DNA of 64,000 bases from Candidatus Nanopelagicales bacterium (GTDB taxonomy: Bacteria; Actinomycetota; Actinomycetes; S36-B12), in assembly GCA_030827125.1 (NCBI GenBank), contig JAURFD010000006.1:53680-117679 (forward strand). Direction: 5' to 3'. Under the pieces are notes generated by a model that had not been told where the DNA came from, did no database searches, and saw only the letters and a list, made by a program, of their open reading frames with translations. Made by a program: the position numbers and the translations under genes. Below are positions 48,716 through 60,817 of the stretch, in pieces. Numbering within the stretch: the stretch's first letter is position 1; each line of letters begins with the position of its first letter.

Positions 48716-49006
48716 ATGACCGCACCACTGGAGCCGCTGGAGTCCCCGAGCCTGCCCGAAGGGGACACCCTCCTAGACGAGCGGTTGGCCAATACCGACG
48801 ACGGTGACCACGAGCGGTTCGCCCACTACGTGCAAAAGGACAAGATCGTCGAGAGCGCTGTCACCGGTACGCCGGTCAAAGCGCTGTGTGGCAAGAAGTG
48901 GGTGCCGGGCCGCGATCCGTCGAAGTTCCCGGTGTGCCCCGAGTGCCAGGAGATCTACAACGGCTTGCGTCCGGGCAAGCCCCGCGATCCCGACGGCGAC
49001 TCCTGA
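48716..49006 (+). CDS. DUF3039 family protein
   Basis: GDHERFAHYV, ALCGKKWVP, PVCPEC. Confidence 0.9.
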   Translation: MTAPLEPLESPSLPEGDTLLDERLANTDDGDHERFAHYVQKDKIVESAVTGTPVKALCGKKWVPGRDPSKFPVCPECQEIYNGLRPGKPRDPDGDS

Positions 49007-50361
49007 GCCTCTTCTCCGCGCAGCACCGCGCGTCCACCATCGGCGTTGTCGCCGCGATGACCCTCATCGCCTTCGAGGGTGTTGCCATCGGTACGGCGAT
49101 GCCGGCCATCGGCGTTGACCTCGACGGACTTGGTCTATACGCGTGGGGCTTCAACGCCTTCGTCGTCGCATCCCTGGTGAGCATGGTTGTGGCGGGCACC
49201 TGGTGCGATCGGCTCGGCCCACGCCTGCCGATGCTGGTCGGCATCGCCGTCTTCGCCGGCGGTGCTGTGCTCGCGGGTTTTGCCCCCACCATGCCCATCT
49301 TCATCGCCGCGCGAGGAATCCAGGGCCTGGGCAGCGGGGCGATGATCGTTGCGATCTATGTGCTCATCGCACGAGCCTTCGATGAGAGCCTGCGGCCGCG
49401 AGCCTTCTCGCTCCTGGCCGCGTCCTGGGTGGTTCCCGGTCTCGTGGGCCCGCTCATCGCCGGTTGGCTCACCGAAACGGTGACCTGGCGATTGGTGTTT
49501 TGGCTTGTTCCTGTCGTCCTCCTCCTGCCCGTGATCCTGCTGCGCGGTGTGCTCAGTCAGTACGACGGCGGCACTGATCGACCGTCCACACCGGGACGCA
49601 ACGTGGCGGCCATCGCGGCAGCCGTCGGCCTCACTCTTGCGATGGCCGGTCTCGTGCGACCGCCGGGGGCGTGGTTCATTGCTGCCGCGTTCGTGGTGGC
49701 CGGTCTCGCACTCCTCCTCCCCGCGGCTCGTCAACTCCTCCCGGCCGGCGCACTGCGCTTCAGCCGTGGCTTGCCCACCACGGTCATGATGCGCGGGATT
49801 CTCGCGGCCGCCTTCTTCAGCGCCGAAGCGTTCGCGCCACTCTCCCTGGTGGAGCAGCGCGGCCTGACGGTCACTGTGGCCGGGCTGCTCCTCAGCCTCG
49901 CAGCCATCGGGTGGCTGACCGGCTCACTGATTCAAAGTCGTATTCCAGGCGACCTTGATCGGGCGCGCGTCGTCACCGCGGGCGCGCTCGTGGTCACGGC
50001 CAGCCTGGTCGCCTTGCCGCTGTGCCTGGTCCCTGCCATTCCGGCGATGGTCGCTGCGCCAATTTTCCTCGTGGGCTCCGTCGGCATGGGGCTGTGCTTC
50101 CCCTCCATCGGAGTGCAGATGATGCGGCTGTCGCCCGTGGACCAGCAGGGAGCCAACTCCTCCGCGCTGCAGATCTCCGACGCGGTGATGAGTGCCCTGG
50201 GTCTTGGCTTGGCCGGTGCGGTTCACGCTTACGCCGTCGCGTCGGGGGGTGCGACCAACATGACCTACGTCACCATCTGGTTCGGCGCTGCGGCGGTGGC
50301 GTTGGTTGGTGCGATCGTGGCAGGCCGGATGAGGCAGGATGCCTCCTGTCCTACTTCATGA
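49003..50361 (+). CDS. MFS transporter (DHA2-like); possible CTG start
   Basis: AFEGVAIGTAMP, DRLGPR, RGIQGLG; many TM helices; CTGA overlap with DUF3039 (alternative ATG 49057). Confidence 0.85.
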   Translation: MSLFSAQHRASTIGVVAAMTLIAFEGVAIGTAMPAIGVDLDGLGLYAWGFNAFVVASLVSMVVAGTWCDRLGPRLPMLVGIAVFAGGAVLAGFAPTMPIFIAARGIQGLGSGAMIVAIYVLIARAFDESLRPRAFSLLAASWVVPGLVGPLIAGWLTETVTWRLVFWLVPVVLLLPVILLRGVLSQYDGGTDRPSTPGRNVAAIAAAVGLTLAMAGLVRPPGAWFIAAAFVVAGLALLLPAARQLLPAGALRFSRGLPTTVMMRGILAAAFFSAEAFAPLSLVEQRGLTVTVAGLLLSLAAIGWLTGSLIQSRIPGDLDRARVVTAGALVVTASLVALPLCLVPAIPAMVAAPIFLVGSVGMGLCFPSIGVQMMRLSPVDQQGANSSALQISDAVMSALGLGLAGAVHAYAVASGGATNMTYVTIWFGAAAVALVGAIVAGRMRQDASCPTS

Positions 50362-50569
50362 GGACAGTTCGTGCATGGGCGTTCTGCCGCCGTGACTACG
50401 TGCTTCCTCGGCGATCCGCGCGAGGCGCGCGCTCGGGAGTCCTTGCTCGGGTGCTCGGGTACGGGGTTACCCGCCGGTACCGCTCGCCTACCGGGAATCG
50501 ACCGGTTTAGCCCCTAGGCTGTCCGATACGCGGAGGCGGATGGCCTCCAACGGAACACGGAGGTACCCC

Positions 50570-51163
50570 ATGGCATCGGTCGATCCCATGACCGGCCTGA
50601 CGTACGACGACGAGCGGGACATGGTGGTGGCTATCGGCCGCAACTGGTGGGCTCTCCTCGCTCTCGGCCTCGTCAGCATCATCATCGGCATCATCATGTT
50701 CTTCCGCCCCGGTGGCTCCACCTGGGTTATCGCGGTCCTGCTCGCCATCTACCTGGTCGTGTCGGGCATCGTCTCGCTCGTGCGCGCGTTCGGTCATGGC
50801 ATTCCCGGCGGCTATCGGGCCCTGCTCATCATCGGCGGCCTCATCGGCCTGCTGCTCGGCCTGCTCATGTTCCGCTTCGGCGCGGAAGAGAAGGTCGAGA
50901 TCTTCGGCATCTTCGTCGGCGTGTGGTTCCTATTCTCCGGCATCTTCCAACTCTTCAACGCTTCGGCGTCCGCAGAGGGCAAGGGTTGGGCGATCTTCGC
51001 CGGCATCGTCTACCTGCTGGCGGGCTTCGTCCTACTCATCAACCCCTGGGCTGTTGAGGTGTTCGTGTGGATCGTCGGCATCTACCTGGTGGTGCTCGGC
51101 ATCTTCGAGATCATCACGTCGTTCCGCTTGAAGTCAGCGGCCGACAAGGCCGTCAAGGCCTAG
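50570..51163 (+). CDS. HdeD / DUF308 family membrane protein
   Basis: WWALLALG.. repeats, six TM segments; GGAGG SD. Confidence 0.85.
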   Translation: MASVDPMTGLTYDDERDMVVAIGRNWWALLALGLVSIIIGIIMFFRPGGSTWVIAVLLAIYLVVSGIVSLVRAFGHGIPGGYRALLIIGGLIGLLLGLLMFRFGAEEKVEIFGIFVGVWFLFSGIFQLFNASASAEGKGWAIFAGIVYLLAGFVLLINPWAVEVFVWIVGIYLVVLGIFEIITSFRLKSAADKAVKA

Positions 51164-51176
51164 TCGGAACTCATCG

Positions 51177-51815
51177 ATGGTTCAGGAGACCTCACAAACC
51201 CTCGACCGAGGGTTGCGAGTTCTCACGCTCCTGTCTGACTCCCCCGAGGGCCTCACGGTCACCGAGATCGCTGGGGCCCTCGGGGTGAGTCGGACCGTTG
51301 TCTACCGACTCGTCGTCACCCTCGAGCAGCACGGATTGCTTCGCCGAGGATCGGACGGCCGCTGCCGGCTCGGCCTTGCGGTCTTGGCCTTGGCGCGACA
51401 GGTGCAGCCCCTCCTACGGGAGGCTTCACTGCCTGCGTTGCGCCGATTGGCCGAGGCCACCAACGCCACCGCCTACCTCAGCGTCGTGGACGGTCAGGAC
51501 CTCCTCGCGGTCGCGGTGATCGAGCCGCCCCGGTCGGACATGCACGTGGCCTATCGGCTCGGGTCACGCATGCCGCTCGATCGTGGTGCGGCGGGCCGTG
51601 CCGTGCTTGCCGCTCGGACGGCGGCGGGACGTCCGCTGGATCCTCCCTGGGTCGTGTCATCCGACGACGCACCCGGTTCAAGCGGGATTGCAGCTCCCCT
51701 CGTGGGGTTGCCGGGCATCGAGGCGGCCGTGGGGGTCGCGGCCCTCGGCGTACCCGATGAAATCGGCCCCCGGGTCGCGCGCGCGGCCCAGGAGATCGCC
51801 CGCGCCATCGGCTAG
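51177..51815 (+). CDS. IclR-family transcriptional regulator
   Basis: SQTLDRGLRVL, HTH TEIAGALGVSRTVVYRLV, GAAGRA, GIAAP. Confidence 0.92.
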   Translation: MVQETSQTLDRGLRVLTLLSDSPEGLTVTEIAGALGVSRTVVYRLVVTLEQHGLLRRGSDGRCRLGLAVLALARQVQPLLREASLPALRRLAEATNATAYLSVVDGQDLLAVAVIEPPRSDMHVAYRLGSRMPLDRGAAGRAVLAARTAAGRPLDPPWVVSSDDAPGSSGIAAPLVGLPGIEAAVGVAALGVPDEIGPRVARAAQEIARAIG

Positions 51816-51918
51816 AGCCTGGGAAACCCCGCAGTTCTGGCCCGTCGGCTCCCTGTTTCACCGCGACACGCGACGTACTCTGGAATGACGTTCGTCGCCG
51901 CCCGAGAGGATTCCACCC

Positions 51919-53784
51919 GTGCGTTTCCGCGCCATTGCTGCCGTAGCCCTCACCCTCGGCCTCGCCGGATCGTTGGTGGCTGCGGGCTCGGCTGCGCAGG
52001 GAGCTCCAGCACCGACGGCGACTCCCCGTCCCATCGTGTCGGGGTGGTTCGGGTGGTGGGCCTCCGATCCAGACATCACCGCGATGACCACCCAGGGTGA
52101 CGGGGTGGTCGGCGAGGTCGCGATGTTCTGGTGGAGCTTCCAGGGCGCCAAAAATCCGCTGTGCCTGTTCGACAACGGGGACTACGACAAGGACGGGTCG
52201 TGGGGTGAGTGCCTCACCGATACCGATACCCCCTGGACCACGCCAAAGTTCGATCGTCAGCGCCAGATGCTGCAGGAGGCGGGCATCAAGGTCAACGCCT
52301 CCATCACCGACCTGGGCTCAGCCACGGCGCGTGAGTTGTCGGAGTACCTCGCTACGAGCAAGCGCCGCAATGCCTACACGACCAAGATCGCCGAGTGGGC
52401 GGTCAAGGCTGGTGTGGACGGCATCGACCTCGACATGGAGAACTTCGCCTTCAACGATGGTCGCGACACGTGGGATGCCACGAAGCCGCGCTGGGTGGCC
52501 TTCGTCAAGGGTCTGGCCAAGAAGTTGCACGCCCGCGGCAAAACCCTCTGGGCCACAGTGCCGGGTGGGGTTCCGCCGTTTAGCGGCACGGGCGCACCCA
52601 ATCCCGGTACCGGTTATTGGGTCTACGCGTGGGACGAGATCACGCCCTTCGTCGACCGGCTCAACATCATGACCTACGACTACAGCTGGAGCGTGCCTGG
52701 CCCGATCGGCCCGAACGACTGGGCAACGCTGGTGGCCGATAGTGCCGTGCAACAGGTCGGATCCGAGTACGCCGACCGCATCTGGATTGGTGCGCCGCAG
52801 TACGGACGCGATTGGCCCGTCCGGAGTGGCAACGGCTATGCCGTGGACGAGAAGTGCCCGAGTGACTGGAAGCCGAGCAGCACCCCCACGCGATCCGTCG
52901 TGACGCCGATGTCAGCACGTGACCTCGCCGCCCGCGAGAAAGTCGACGTGAGTTGGGATGCCGATGCCAGCGAATGGTCCTTCACCTACTGGTCCGAGGT
53001 CGCGGGCAAGTCCGGCAAAAAGGCCAAGGACTGCAAGATCAAGCGTGAGGTCTGGTTCGCGGATGCGCGCTCGGCACTCGCTCGAGCCAAGATCACGCCT
53101 GAGTTCCGCATCGGTGGCATCGCCGTGTGGGACTTCGGCACTGTCGAGAGCGACTTCTACACGCGGCTTGCTGACTATGGTCGCGAGATTGCTCCGGCGA
53201 AGACCACCGTGAGCGTGAAGGCGCCGAAATCCACCGTGCATGGCCGCAAGGTGAAGATCGCGGTCTCCACCGAGTCCAACGCTGGCGTGGCCAAGGGGGC
53301 CACGGCCACGTTGACCTTCGTTCCCAAGGCATCGGGGGCGCCTCGATCGGAGGTTGCCACGATTACCCTCGACAAGTCCGGTGCCGGATCCTTCACCGTC
53401 TCGGCCGAAGCAACCGGATCGTGGGTCGTGAGCGTTGATGGGGACTGGTACCGCAAGTCGGCCTCCAGCGATCCGGTCACCACCCGGGTGCGATACGGCG
53501 TACGCGCATCGGCCGATGCCACGAAGGTGAAGGTGCGCAACGCCGTGGTGCTCACGGGCATGGTGAGTCCCGCGGTCGCGGGCACGGAGATCACCCTTCA
53601 ACGCAAGGGCGCGGACAATAAGTGGGCCGATGTGCGCACGGTGCTCACGGACGCGGCCGGCACCGTGGCCGAGACGGTGACTCCATCGCGTCCTGGCGAG
53701 GTCGCCTATCGCTTCCGCGTTGCCGCCTCTGAGTCTTTGCTTGCAGGACGCTCTTCAAAGATCACGGTGACGGTGACGAAGTAG
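51919..53784 (+). CDS. Secreted GH18-family glycoside hydrolase with C-terminal beta-sandwich domains
   Basis: Signal peptide; DGIDLDME (DxxDxDxE), IMTYDY, PQYGRDW, GIAVW. Confidence 0.85.
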   Translation: MRFRAIAAVALTLGLAGSLVAAGSAAQGAPAPTATPRPIVSGWFGWWASDPDITAMTTQGDGVVGEVAMFWWSFQGAKNPLCLFDNGDYDKDGSWGECLTDTDTPWTTPKFDRQRQMLQEAGIKVNASITDLGSATARELSEYLATSKRRNAYTTKIAEWAVKAGVDGIDLDMENFAFNDGRDTWDATKPRWVAFVKGLAKKLHARGKTLWATVPGGVPPFSGTGAPNPGTGYWVYAWDEITPFVDRLNIMTYDYSWSVPGPIGPNDWATLVADSAVQQVGSEYADRIWIGAPQYGRDWPVRSGNGYAVDEKCPSDWKPSSTPTRSVVTPMSARDLAAREKVDVSWDADASEWSFTYWSEVAGKSGKKAKDCKIKREVWFADARSALARAKITPEFRIGGIAVWDFGTVESDFYTRLADYGREIAPAKTTVSVKAPKSTVHGRKVKIAVSTESNAGVAKGATATLTFVPKASGAPRSEVATITLDKSGAGSFTVSAEATGSWVVSVDGDWYRKSASSDPVTTRVRYGVRASADATKVKVRNAVVLTGMVSPAVAGTEITLQRKGADNKWADVRTVLTDAAGTVAETVTPSRPGEVAYRFRVAASESLLAGRSSKITVTVTK

Positions 53785-53803
53785 TGCTGCGTACGCTGGT
53801 CCA

Positions 53804-54088
53804 GTGAGCACGGCACCCGCGGAACTCGATCTCCCCGACATCGTCGAGGAGACCGAACGGCCCTGGGTCACCATCGTGTGGAATGACCCCGTCAACCTCA
53901 TGTCCTATGTCACCTACGTCTTCATGACGTACTACAAGTACCCGCGGGAATTGGCGGAGAAGTTGATGCAGCAGGTCCACCATGAGGGCCGTGCGGTGGT
54001 TTCCAGCGGTGACCGCGAGGCGATGGAGCGTGACGTCACGGCGATGCACTCCTATGGCCTGTGGGCCACGATGGCCAAGGACGAATGA
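53804..54088 (+). CDS. clpS: ATP-dependent Clp protease adaptor ClpS
   Basis: [25 protein letters not shown]. Confidence 0.95.
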   Translation: MSTAPAELDLPDIVEETERPWVTIVWNDPVNLMSYVTYVFMTYYKYPRELAEKLMQQVHHEGRAVVSSGDREAMERDVTAMHSYGLWATMAKDE

Positions 54089-54630
54089 TGGCCGTGCACG
54101 GCTTTCGCCGGACGGCGGCGGACCGCGTCATTCTCCTCGTGGACGATGTGGAGAAGGGCATCCTGTCGGCCCTGTTGGAGCAACTGCTGGAGTTCGTCGC
54201 ACCCGCGGTCGAGGACGAGGACCCGCTTGTGGCCCTGGTGGGATTGGATCCGGAGGCAAAGCCCTCGGATGATCCGGCGATGGCCCGGCTCTTCCCCGAC
54301 GCGTTCCGCGACGATCCGGAGGCATCCGGAGAGTTTCGTCGCTTCACCGAACGGTCCCTACGCGATCTCAAGGGTGCGCAAGCACGGACCGCTCTGCAGA
54401 CCCTGCAGCGCTCCGGGAGCAAGGTCACGCTGTCCCTCGATGAGGCCGGATCCTGGCTCGGTGCCCTCAATGACCTGCGACTGACTCTGGGAACGCGCCT
54501 AGAGATCACCGAGGACGGAATGGAGGAGTTGGCGAGCCTGCCGGATGATGATCCGCGCGCCCCCACCTTCCACGTCTATGACTGGCTGACCTTCCTCCAG
54601 GAGTCACTCGTGCTGGCCGTCATGCCGTAA
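54085..54630 (+). CDS. DUF2017 family protein
   Basis: [34 protein letters not shown]; conserved position after clpS. Confidence 0.9.
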   Translation: MMAVHGFRRTAADRVILLVDDVEKGILSALLEQLLEFVAPAVEDEDPLVALVGLDPEAKPSDDPAMARLFPDAFRDDPEASGEFRRFTERSLRDLKGAQARTALQTLQRSGSKVTLSLDEAGSWLGALNDLRLTLGTRLEITEDGMEELASLPDDDPRAPTFHVYDWLTFLQESLVLAVMP

Positions 54631-54665
54631 TCGTTGTAGCAAACCGGCGAACCACGTGCAGACAC

Positions 54666-54704
54666 GACGAAGGGCCCGACCTCCAGTGGTCGGGCCCTTC
54701 GTCA
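54666..54704. terminator. Hairpin between convergent DUF2017 and rhodopsin genes
   Basis: GACGAAGGGCCCGACC-TCCAGT-GGTCGGGCCCTTCGTC. Confidence 0.8.
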
Positions 54705-54719
54705 AGCGATCGGAGTGAG

Positions 54720-55541
54720 TTAGCGGCTCGAAGGCGCTTCCTTCATCTCCGACTCAGCGAATGCCGGATCGTCATCCATGCTCTTGATGCGAGCGATCTT
54801 GAAGATGAGCAGGCCGTACAGACACTTGGCGAGGACGTCCGCGAGCGAGTAGCCGACCTGCCGGTAGACGAAGGAGTCTGAACCATCGAGTCCAAGCATG
54901 GGGAAGGCGTACGAGATCGGGTACACACCCCATGTGGCCAGCAGCAGCCAGCGCAGACCGTTGAGCTCCTTGCCGACCTGGTTCGGCTGGGACTTGGCAG
55001 CCCGGCTCAACTCAACGAAGAGCACGTAGAGGATATAGATGAACGGAATCGTCGACAGCGCGCCCCAGATGGCCTTGGGAGCAAGCTCCGCGGTGAGCTC
55101 GCCGGGGTAGCCGAGGATGATCATCAGGGCCGAGGCGGGGATGAGCTTCCACAGCAGGCCGCGACGCACGGCCGCGGGGAGGGCCAGGACGGCGATGGTT
55201 TCGAAGAGCAGCAGCGGAACCGTGAGCAGCCAGTCGACATAGCGGTAGCCCTCGTTGAAGCCGTCGCCCTTGACGAGTTCGAAGACTTCCTGGACGCCAG
55301 GAGTTCCCTCGCCGACGGCGATATAGGCATCCGAGAACGAGTTGAAGATGCGTAGGTAGTGGTATGCCGCGATGAAGCAGACCATCGCCGAGACGATCAG
55401 GGCGAGGCGGTACCGGGGCAACACACGGGGGGTGACCGCAAGTAGGAACACGGTCGTGGCCGCCATCGCCGCGAGGGCGAGTGACAGCGTGTTATAGACA
55501 GTCTGGAACTGCCCATTGGTGAGTTCGAGCACTTGCTCCAC
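54720..55541 (-). CDS. actR: Proton-pumping microbial rhodopsin (actinorhodopsin / xanthorhodopsin clade, DTE)
   Basis: FNEGYRYVDWLLTVPLLLFE (D-T-E), AYHY, GYPGE, WGALST, WGVYP, DVLAK retinal Lys; AAGGAGG SD. Confidence 0.93.
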   Translation of the reverse strand: MEQVLELTNGQFQTVYNTLSLALAAMAATTVFLLAVTPRVLPRYRLALIVSAMVCFIAAYHYLRIFNSFSDAYIAVGEGTPGVQEVFELVKGDGFNEGYRYVDWLLTVPLLLFETIAVLALPAAVRRGLLWKLIPASALMIILGYPGELTAELAPKAIWGALSTIPFIYILYVLFVELSRAAKSQPNQVGKELNGLRWLLLATWGVYPISYAFPMLGLDGSDSFVYRQVGYSLADVLAKCLYGLLIFKIARIKSMDDDPAFAESEMKEAPSSR

Positions 55542-55674
55542 GTTGACCTCCTTGGGCCCCTGTCCCGGGGGCGAGTGGAGACAATCTCCCGCGCATCTTC
55601 GGACCCCGCAAGTTGAACAAGGGATGAAGCGGTTAAGTCGGGCGGGCTGGCCGGTGTCCCCCTAGCCTGATCCC

Positions 55675-56094
55675 ATGCTGAGGATCCGCCCCGAGCTCGT
55701 CGACGCGATGGTGGCCCATGCCCGTGCCGACCACCCCGATGAGGCCTGTGGGGTGATCGCTGGCCCCGAGGGGTCGGACCGGCCTGAGCGGTTCATCCCG
55801 ATGGTCAACGCGGCTCGATCGCCCACGTTCTACGAGTTTGACTCCGCCGACCTCCTGCGCCTCTATCGCGAGATGGACGACCGGGACGAGGAGCCGGTGG
55901 TCATCTATCACTCCCACACGGCGACCGAGGCCTACCCCTCCCGGACCGATATCTCCTACGCCTCCGAACCCCTGGCGCACTACGTGCTCATCTCGACTCG
56001 CGAGTGTGGCAATGACGAGGGCCCGGCTGAGGTGCGTTCCTTCCGAATCGTGGACGGCGAGGTCACAGAAGAGCCCGTCGAGATCGTCGCCTAG
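55675..56094 (+). CDS. mec: CysO-cysteine peptidase (JAMM/M67)
   Basis: PDEACG, YHSHTATEAYPSRTD. Confidence 0.92.
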   Translation: MLRIRPELVDAMVAHARADHPDEACGVIAGPEGSDRPERFIPMVNAARSPTFYEFDSADLLRLYREMDDRDEEPVVIYHSHTATEAYPSRTDISYASEPLAHYVLISTRECGNDEGPAEVRSFRIVDGEVTEEPVEIVA

Positions 56095-56104
56095 GCTGGC
56101 CCCC

Positions 56105-58139
<2,035 letters not shown>

Positions 58140-58162
58140 ATCGTCGGGCCTACGCTGGCCGC

Positions 58163-58906
58163 ATGCGCGTCACCGTCGTGGGTTGCTCGGGATCCTTTCC
58201 CGGTCCGGACTCACCGGCCTCGTGCTACCTCGTGGAGCACGACGACACCGCCATTCTGCTCGATCTCGGCAACGGTGCGCTGGGATCCCTCCAGCGACAC
58301 ATCGCCCTCGATCGCATTGACGCCGTGCTGCTCACCCACCTGCACGCCGACCATTGCCTGGACCTGACGGGCTACTACGTCTACCGCCGCTATCACCCGG
58401 AGGGTCCGCGGCCGTCAATTCCCGTCTATGGGCCGCAGGGCACAGCCGAAAGACTGGCCCACGCGTACGACCTGCCGGTTGATCCGGGCATGACCCGGGA
58501 GTTCGACTTCCAGCCCCTGGCGCTGCAGATGCAGATTGGTCCGTTCACGGTGACGACGGCACGCGTCCGGCATCCGGTGGAGGCCTATGGATTGCGCGTG
58601 ACGGCGGCCGGTCATTCGGTCGTCTACTCCGGCGATACGGGACCGACTCCAGCACTGCGCGAACTCGCCCGTGATGCGAATCTCGCGCTGTTCGAGGCGT
58701 CGTTCCTCGACGGGGGAGAGCAGCCCGACGTCCACATGACGGCCCGGCAAGCGGGGGAGATGGCCCGCGACGCTGGCGTGCGGCACCTCGTGCTCACCCA
58801 CCTGGTGCCCTGGAACGATGCGGGTGTCACGCTGGCCCAGGCACAGGAGGCCTTCAGCGGGCCCATCGAACTAGCCCGAAGCGGCACGGTGTTCGACCTG
58901 GCCTAG
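58163..58906 (+). CDS. MBL-fold metallohydrolase (RNase Z/BN-like)
   Basis: THLHADH, YSGDT, LTHL; conserved position between murI and rph. Confidence 0.9.
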   Translation: MRVTVVGCSGSFPGPDSPASCYLVEHDDTAILLDLGNGALGSLQRHIALDRIDAVLLTHLHADHCLDLTGYYVYRRYHPEGPRPSIPVYGPQGTAERLAHAYDLPVDPGMTREFDFQPLALQMQIGPFTVTTARVRHPVEAYGLRVTAAGHSVVYSGDTGPTPALRELARDANLALFEASFLDGGEQPDVHMTARQAGEMARDAGVRHLVLTHLVPWNDAGVTLAQAQEAFSGPIELARSGTVFDLA

Positions 58907-58916
58907 GGTCGAGACC

Positions 58917-59639
58917 ATGTCTTCGCGATCTGATGGCCGCACGGCCGAAGCCCTCCGTCCCGTCGCCTTCGAGCGGGGGTGGCTCGAGCAGGCCGAGGGG
59001 TCGACCCTGGTGTCCTTCGGGCGCACCCGCGTCCTGTGTACGGCGTCCTTCACACCCGGCGTCCCGCGCTGGTTGCGCGACTCCGGCCGGGGATGGGTAA
59101 CCGCCGAGTACGCGATGCTGCCGCGTTCGACGAACACGCGAAGTGACCGCGAGTCGGTCAAGGGTCGGCTGGGTGGACGCACTCAGGAGATTTCGCGGCT
59201 CATCGGTCGCAGCCTGCGCGCCATCATCGACATGGAGGCCCTGGGCGAGAACACCATCGTCCTCGACTGCGACGTCCTGCAGGCCGACGGCGGCACGCGT
59301 ACCGCCGCAATCACCGGCGCCTACATCGCTCTCGCGGACGCGATCACCTGGGCGCGCGGCCAGGGTCTGGTCAAGGGTGAACCGCTCATCGACAGTGTTG
59401 CGGCCGTGAGTGTCGGCATTATCAATGGTGAGCCGCGTTTGGATCTGCACTACGACGACGACGTGCGCGCGGAGACGGATATGAACGTGGTGATGACCGG
59501 AGCCGGCAACTACGTCGAGGTGCAGGGCACGGCCGAGGGGGCCCCGTTTGACCGGTCACTGCTGAACGCGCTCTTGGATCTGGCGACCCAGGGCTGCGCC
59601 GATCTCACGGCGATGCAGCGGGCGGCGTTGTCATCATGA
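58917..59639 (+). CDS. rph: Ribonuclease PH
   Basis: [40 protein letters not shown]. Confidence 0.97.
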   Translation: MSSRSDGRTAEALRPVAFERGWLEQAEGSTLVSFGRTRVLCTASFTPGVPRWLRDSGRGWVTAEYAMLPRSTNTRSDRESVKGRLGGRTQEISRLIGRSLRAIIDMEALGENTIVLDCDVLQADGGTRTAAITGAYIALADAITWARGQGLVKGEPLIDSVAAVSVGIINGEPRLDLHYDDDVRAETDMNVVMTGAGNYVEVQGTAEGAPFDRSLLNALLDLATQGCADLTAMQRAALSS

Positions 59640-60229
59640 CCGAGCGTGTCGTCCTCGCAACACGCAACTCGCACAAGGTCGATGAGGTTCGACGGATCCT
59701 CTCGGCGCACGGCGTGGATATCGAGATTGTGCCGCTGCCCGATGATGCACCCGACGTTGCGGAGACCGAGACGACGTTCGCGGGGAACGCATTGCTCAAG
59801 GCACGGGCCATCGCCGAGGCCACCGGCCTGGCCGCGATCGCGGACGACTCCGGACTCTGCGTCGACGCGCTCAACGGCATGCCCGGCGTGCTGTCCGCAC
59901 GCTGGGCCGGTCGCCACGGCGACGATGTCGCCAATCTGCAACTAGTTCTCGGACAGATGGCCGACGTACCGGACGGCCGTCGAGATGCTCAGTTCGTCTG
60001 CGCGGCTGCCTGGGTGGTGCCGGGGGAGCGCGAGCAGTTCGTGGAGGGGGTGCTCGAGGGGACACTCGCCCATGCGCCGAGGGGCAGCAACGGGTTTGGC
60101 TACGACCCGATCTTCGTCCCCCTCGGCTACGCGCTGACGACGGCCGAACTGCGCCCCGACGAGAAGGACGCGATCAGCCACCGTGGTCAGGCCTTCCGGG
60201 CGCTCGCCCAGGTCATGGCGTCGCGCTGA
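59636..60229 (+). CDS. rdgB: Non-canonical purine NTP pyrophosphatase
   Basis: [25 protein letters not shown]. Confidence 0.96.
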   Translation: MTERVVLATRNSHKVDEVRRILSAHGVDIEIVPLPDDAPDVAETETTFAGNALLKARAIAEATGLAAIADDSGLCVDALNGMPGVLSARWAGRHGDDVANLQLVLGQMADVPDGRRDAQFVCAAAWVVPGEREQFVEGVLEGTLAHAPRGSNGFGYDPIFVPLGYALTTAELRPDEKDAISHRGQAFRALAQVMASR

Positions 60230-60235
60230 CCCCCT

Positions 60236-60299
60236 CCGGTTTCCGACCGTTGTGGTGGGTTTCCGGGCTTGGGAAGCAACCACAACGGTCGAAAACCGG
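60236..60299. repeat. REP-like palindrome family B, copy 2
   Basis: CCGGTTTCCGACCGTTGTGGTGGGTTTCC...GGAAGCAACCACAACGGTCGAAAACCGG. Confidence 0.85.
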
Positions 60300-60340
60300 G
60301 GCAGGTCGCGTGAGCGCGCTGCCGGGCATACCGTGGAGGC

Positions 60341-60769
60341 ATGGACCCGTGGATCTGGTGGATTGTCGGCGCTGGTGCGCTTGCGGTGGCCGAGATCCTC
60401 ACCGGGGGCACCCTGGTGCTCATCATGCTCGCCGGGGGTGCTGTGGCTGGGGGGATCACGTCAGCGCTGGGCGCTCCGCCCGCCCTCTCGGTTGGTGTCT
60501 TTGCCGTGGTGTCCTTGGCCCTGCTTGGCCTGGTTCGTCCCGTCGCCCGGCGGCACCTGCGCCTCGGGCGTGAGGCGCGCACCAACGTGGCGGCGCTCGT
60601 GGGCGCTGAGGCGCTCGTGACCGAGGTCGTCGACGGCCAGGACGGTCGGATCAAGCTCGCGGGCGAGATTTGGTCGGCCCGCGCGTACGACGGCATGAGC
60701 ACCTTCGAGCCAGGGATGCGTGTGCAGGTCTTGCAGATCGAAGGGGCCACGGCACTCGTGGCCGCGTAG
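60341..60769 (+). CDS. NfeD family protein
   Basis: N-terminal TM helices, LVGAEA, GEIWSAR; precedes the SPFH gene. Confidence 0.9.
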   Translation: MDPWIWWIVGAGALAVAEILTGGTLVLIMLAGGAVAGGITSALGAPPALSVGVFAVVSLALLGLVRPVARRHLRLGREARTNVAALVGAEALVTEVVDGQDGRIKLAGEIWSARAYDGMSTFEPGMRVQVLQIEGATALVAA

Positions 60770-60817
60770 CCCAACCGAAGCGTGACGGCCGCCCTGGGCG
60801 GTCAGAAGGAGGACGAC

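Noticed and set aside
55575-55640. CarH/LitR-type light-responsive operator upstream of the rhodopsin
   Set aside because: Only one TGAACA and a short GGAGACAATCTCC palindrome are present, with no convincing 11-bp repeat series.
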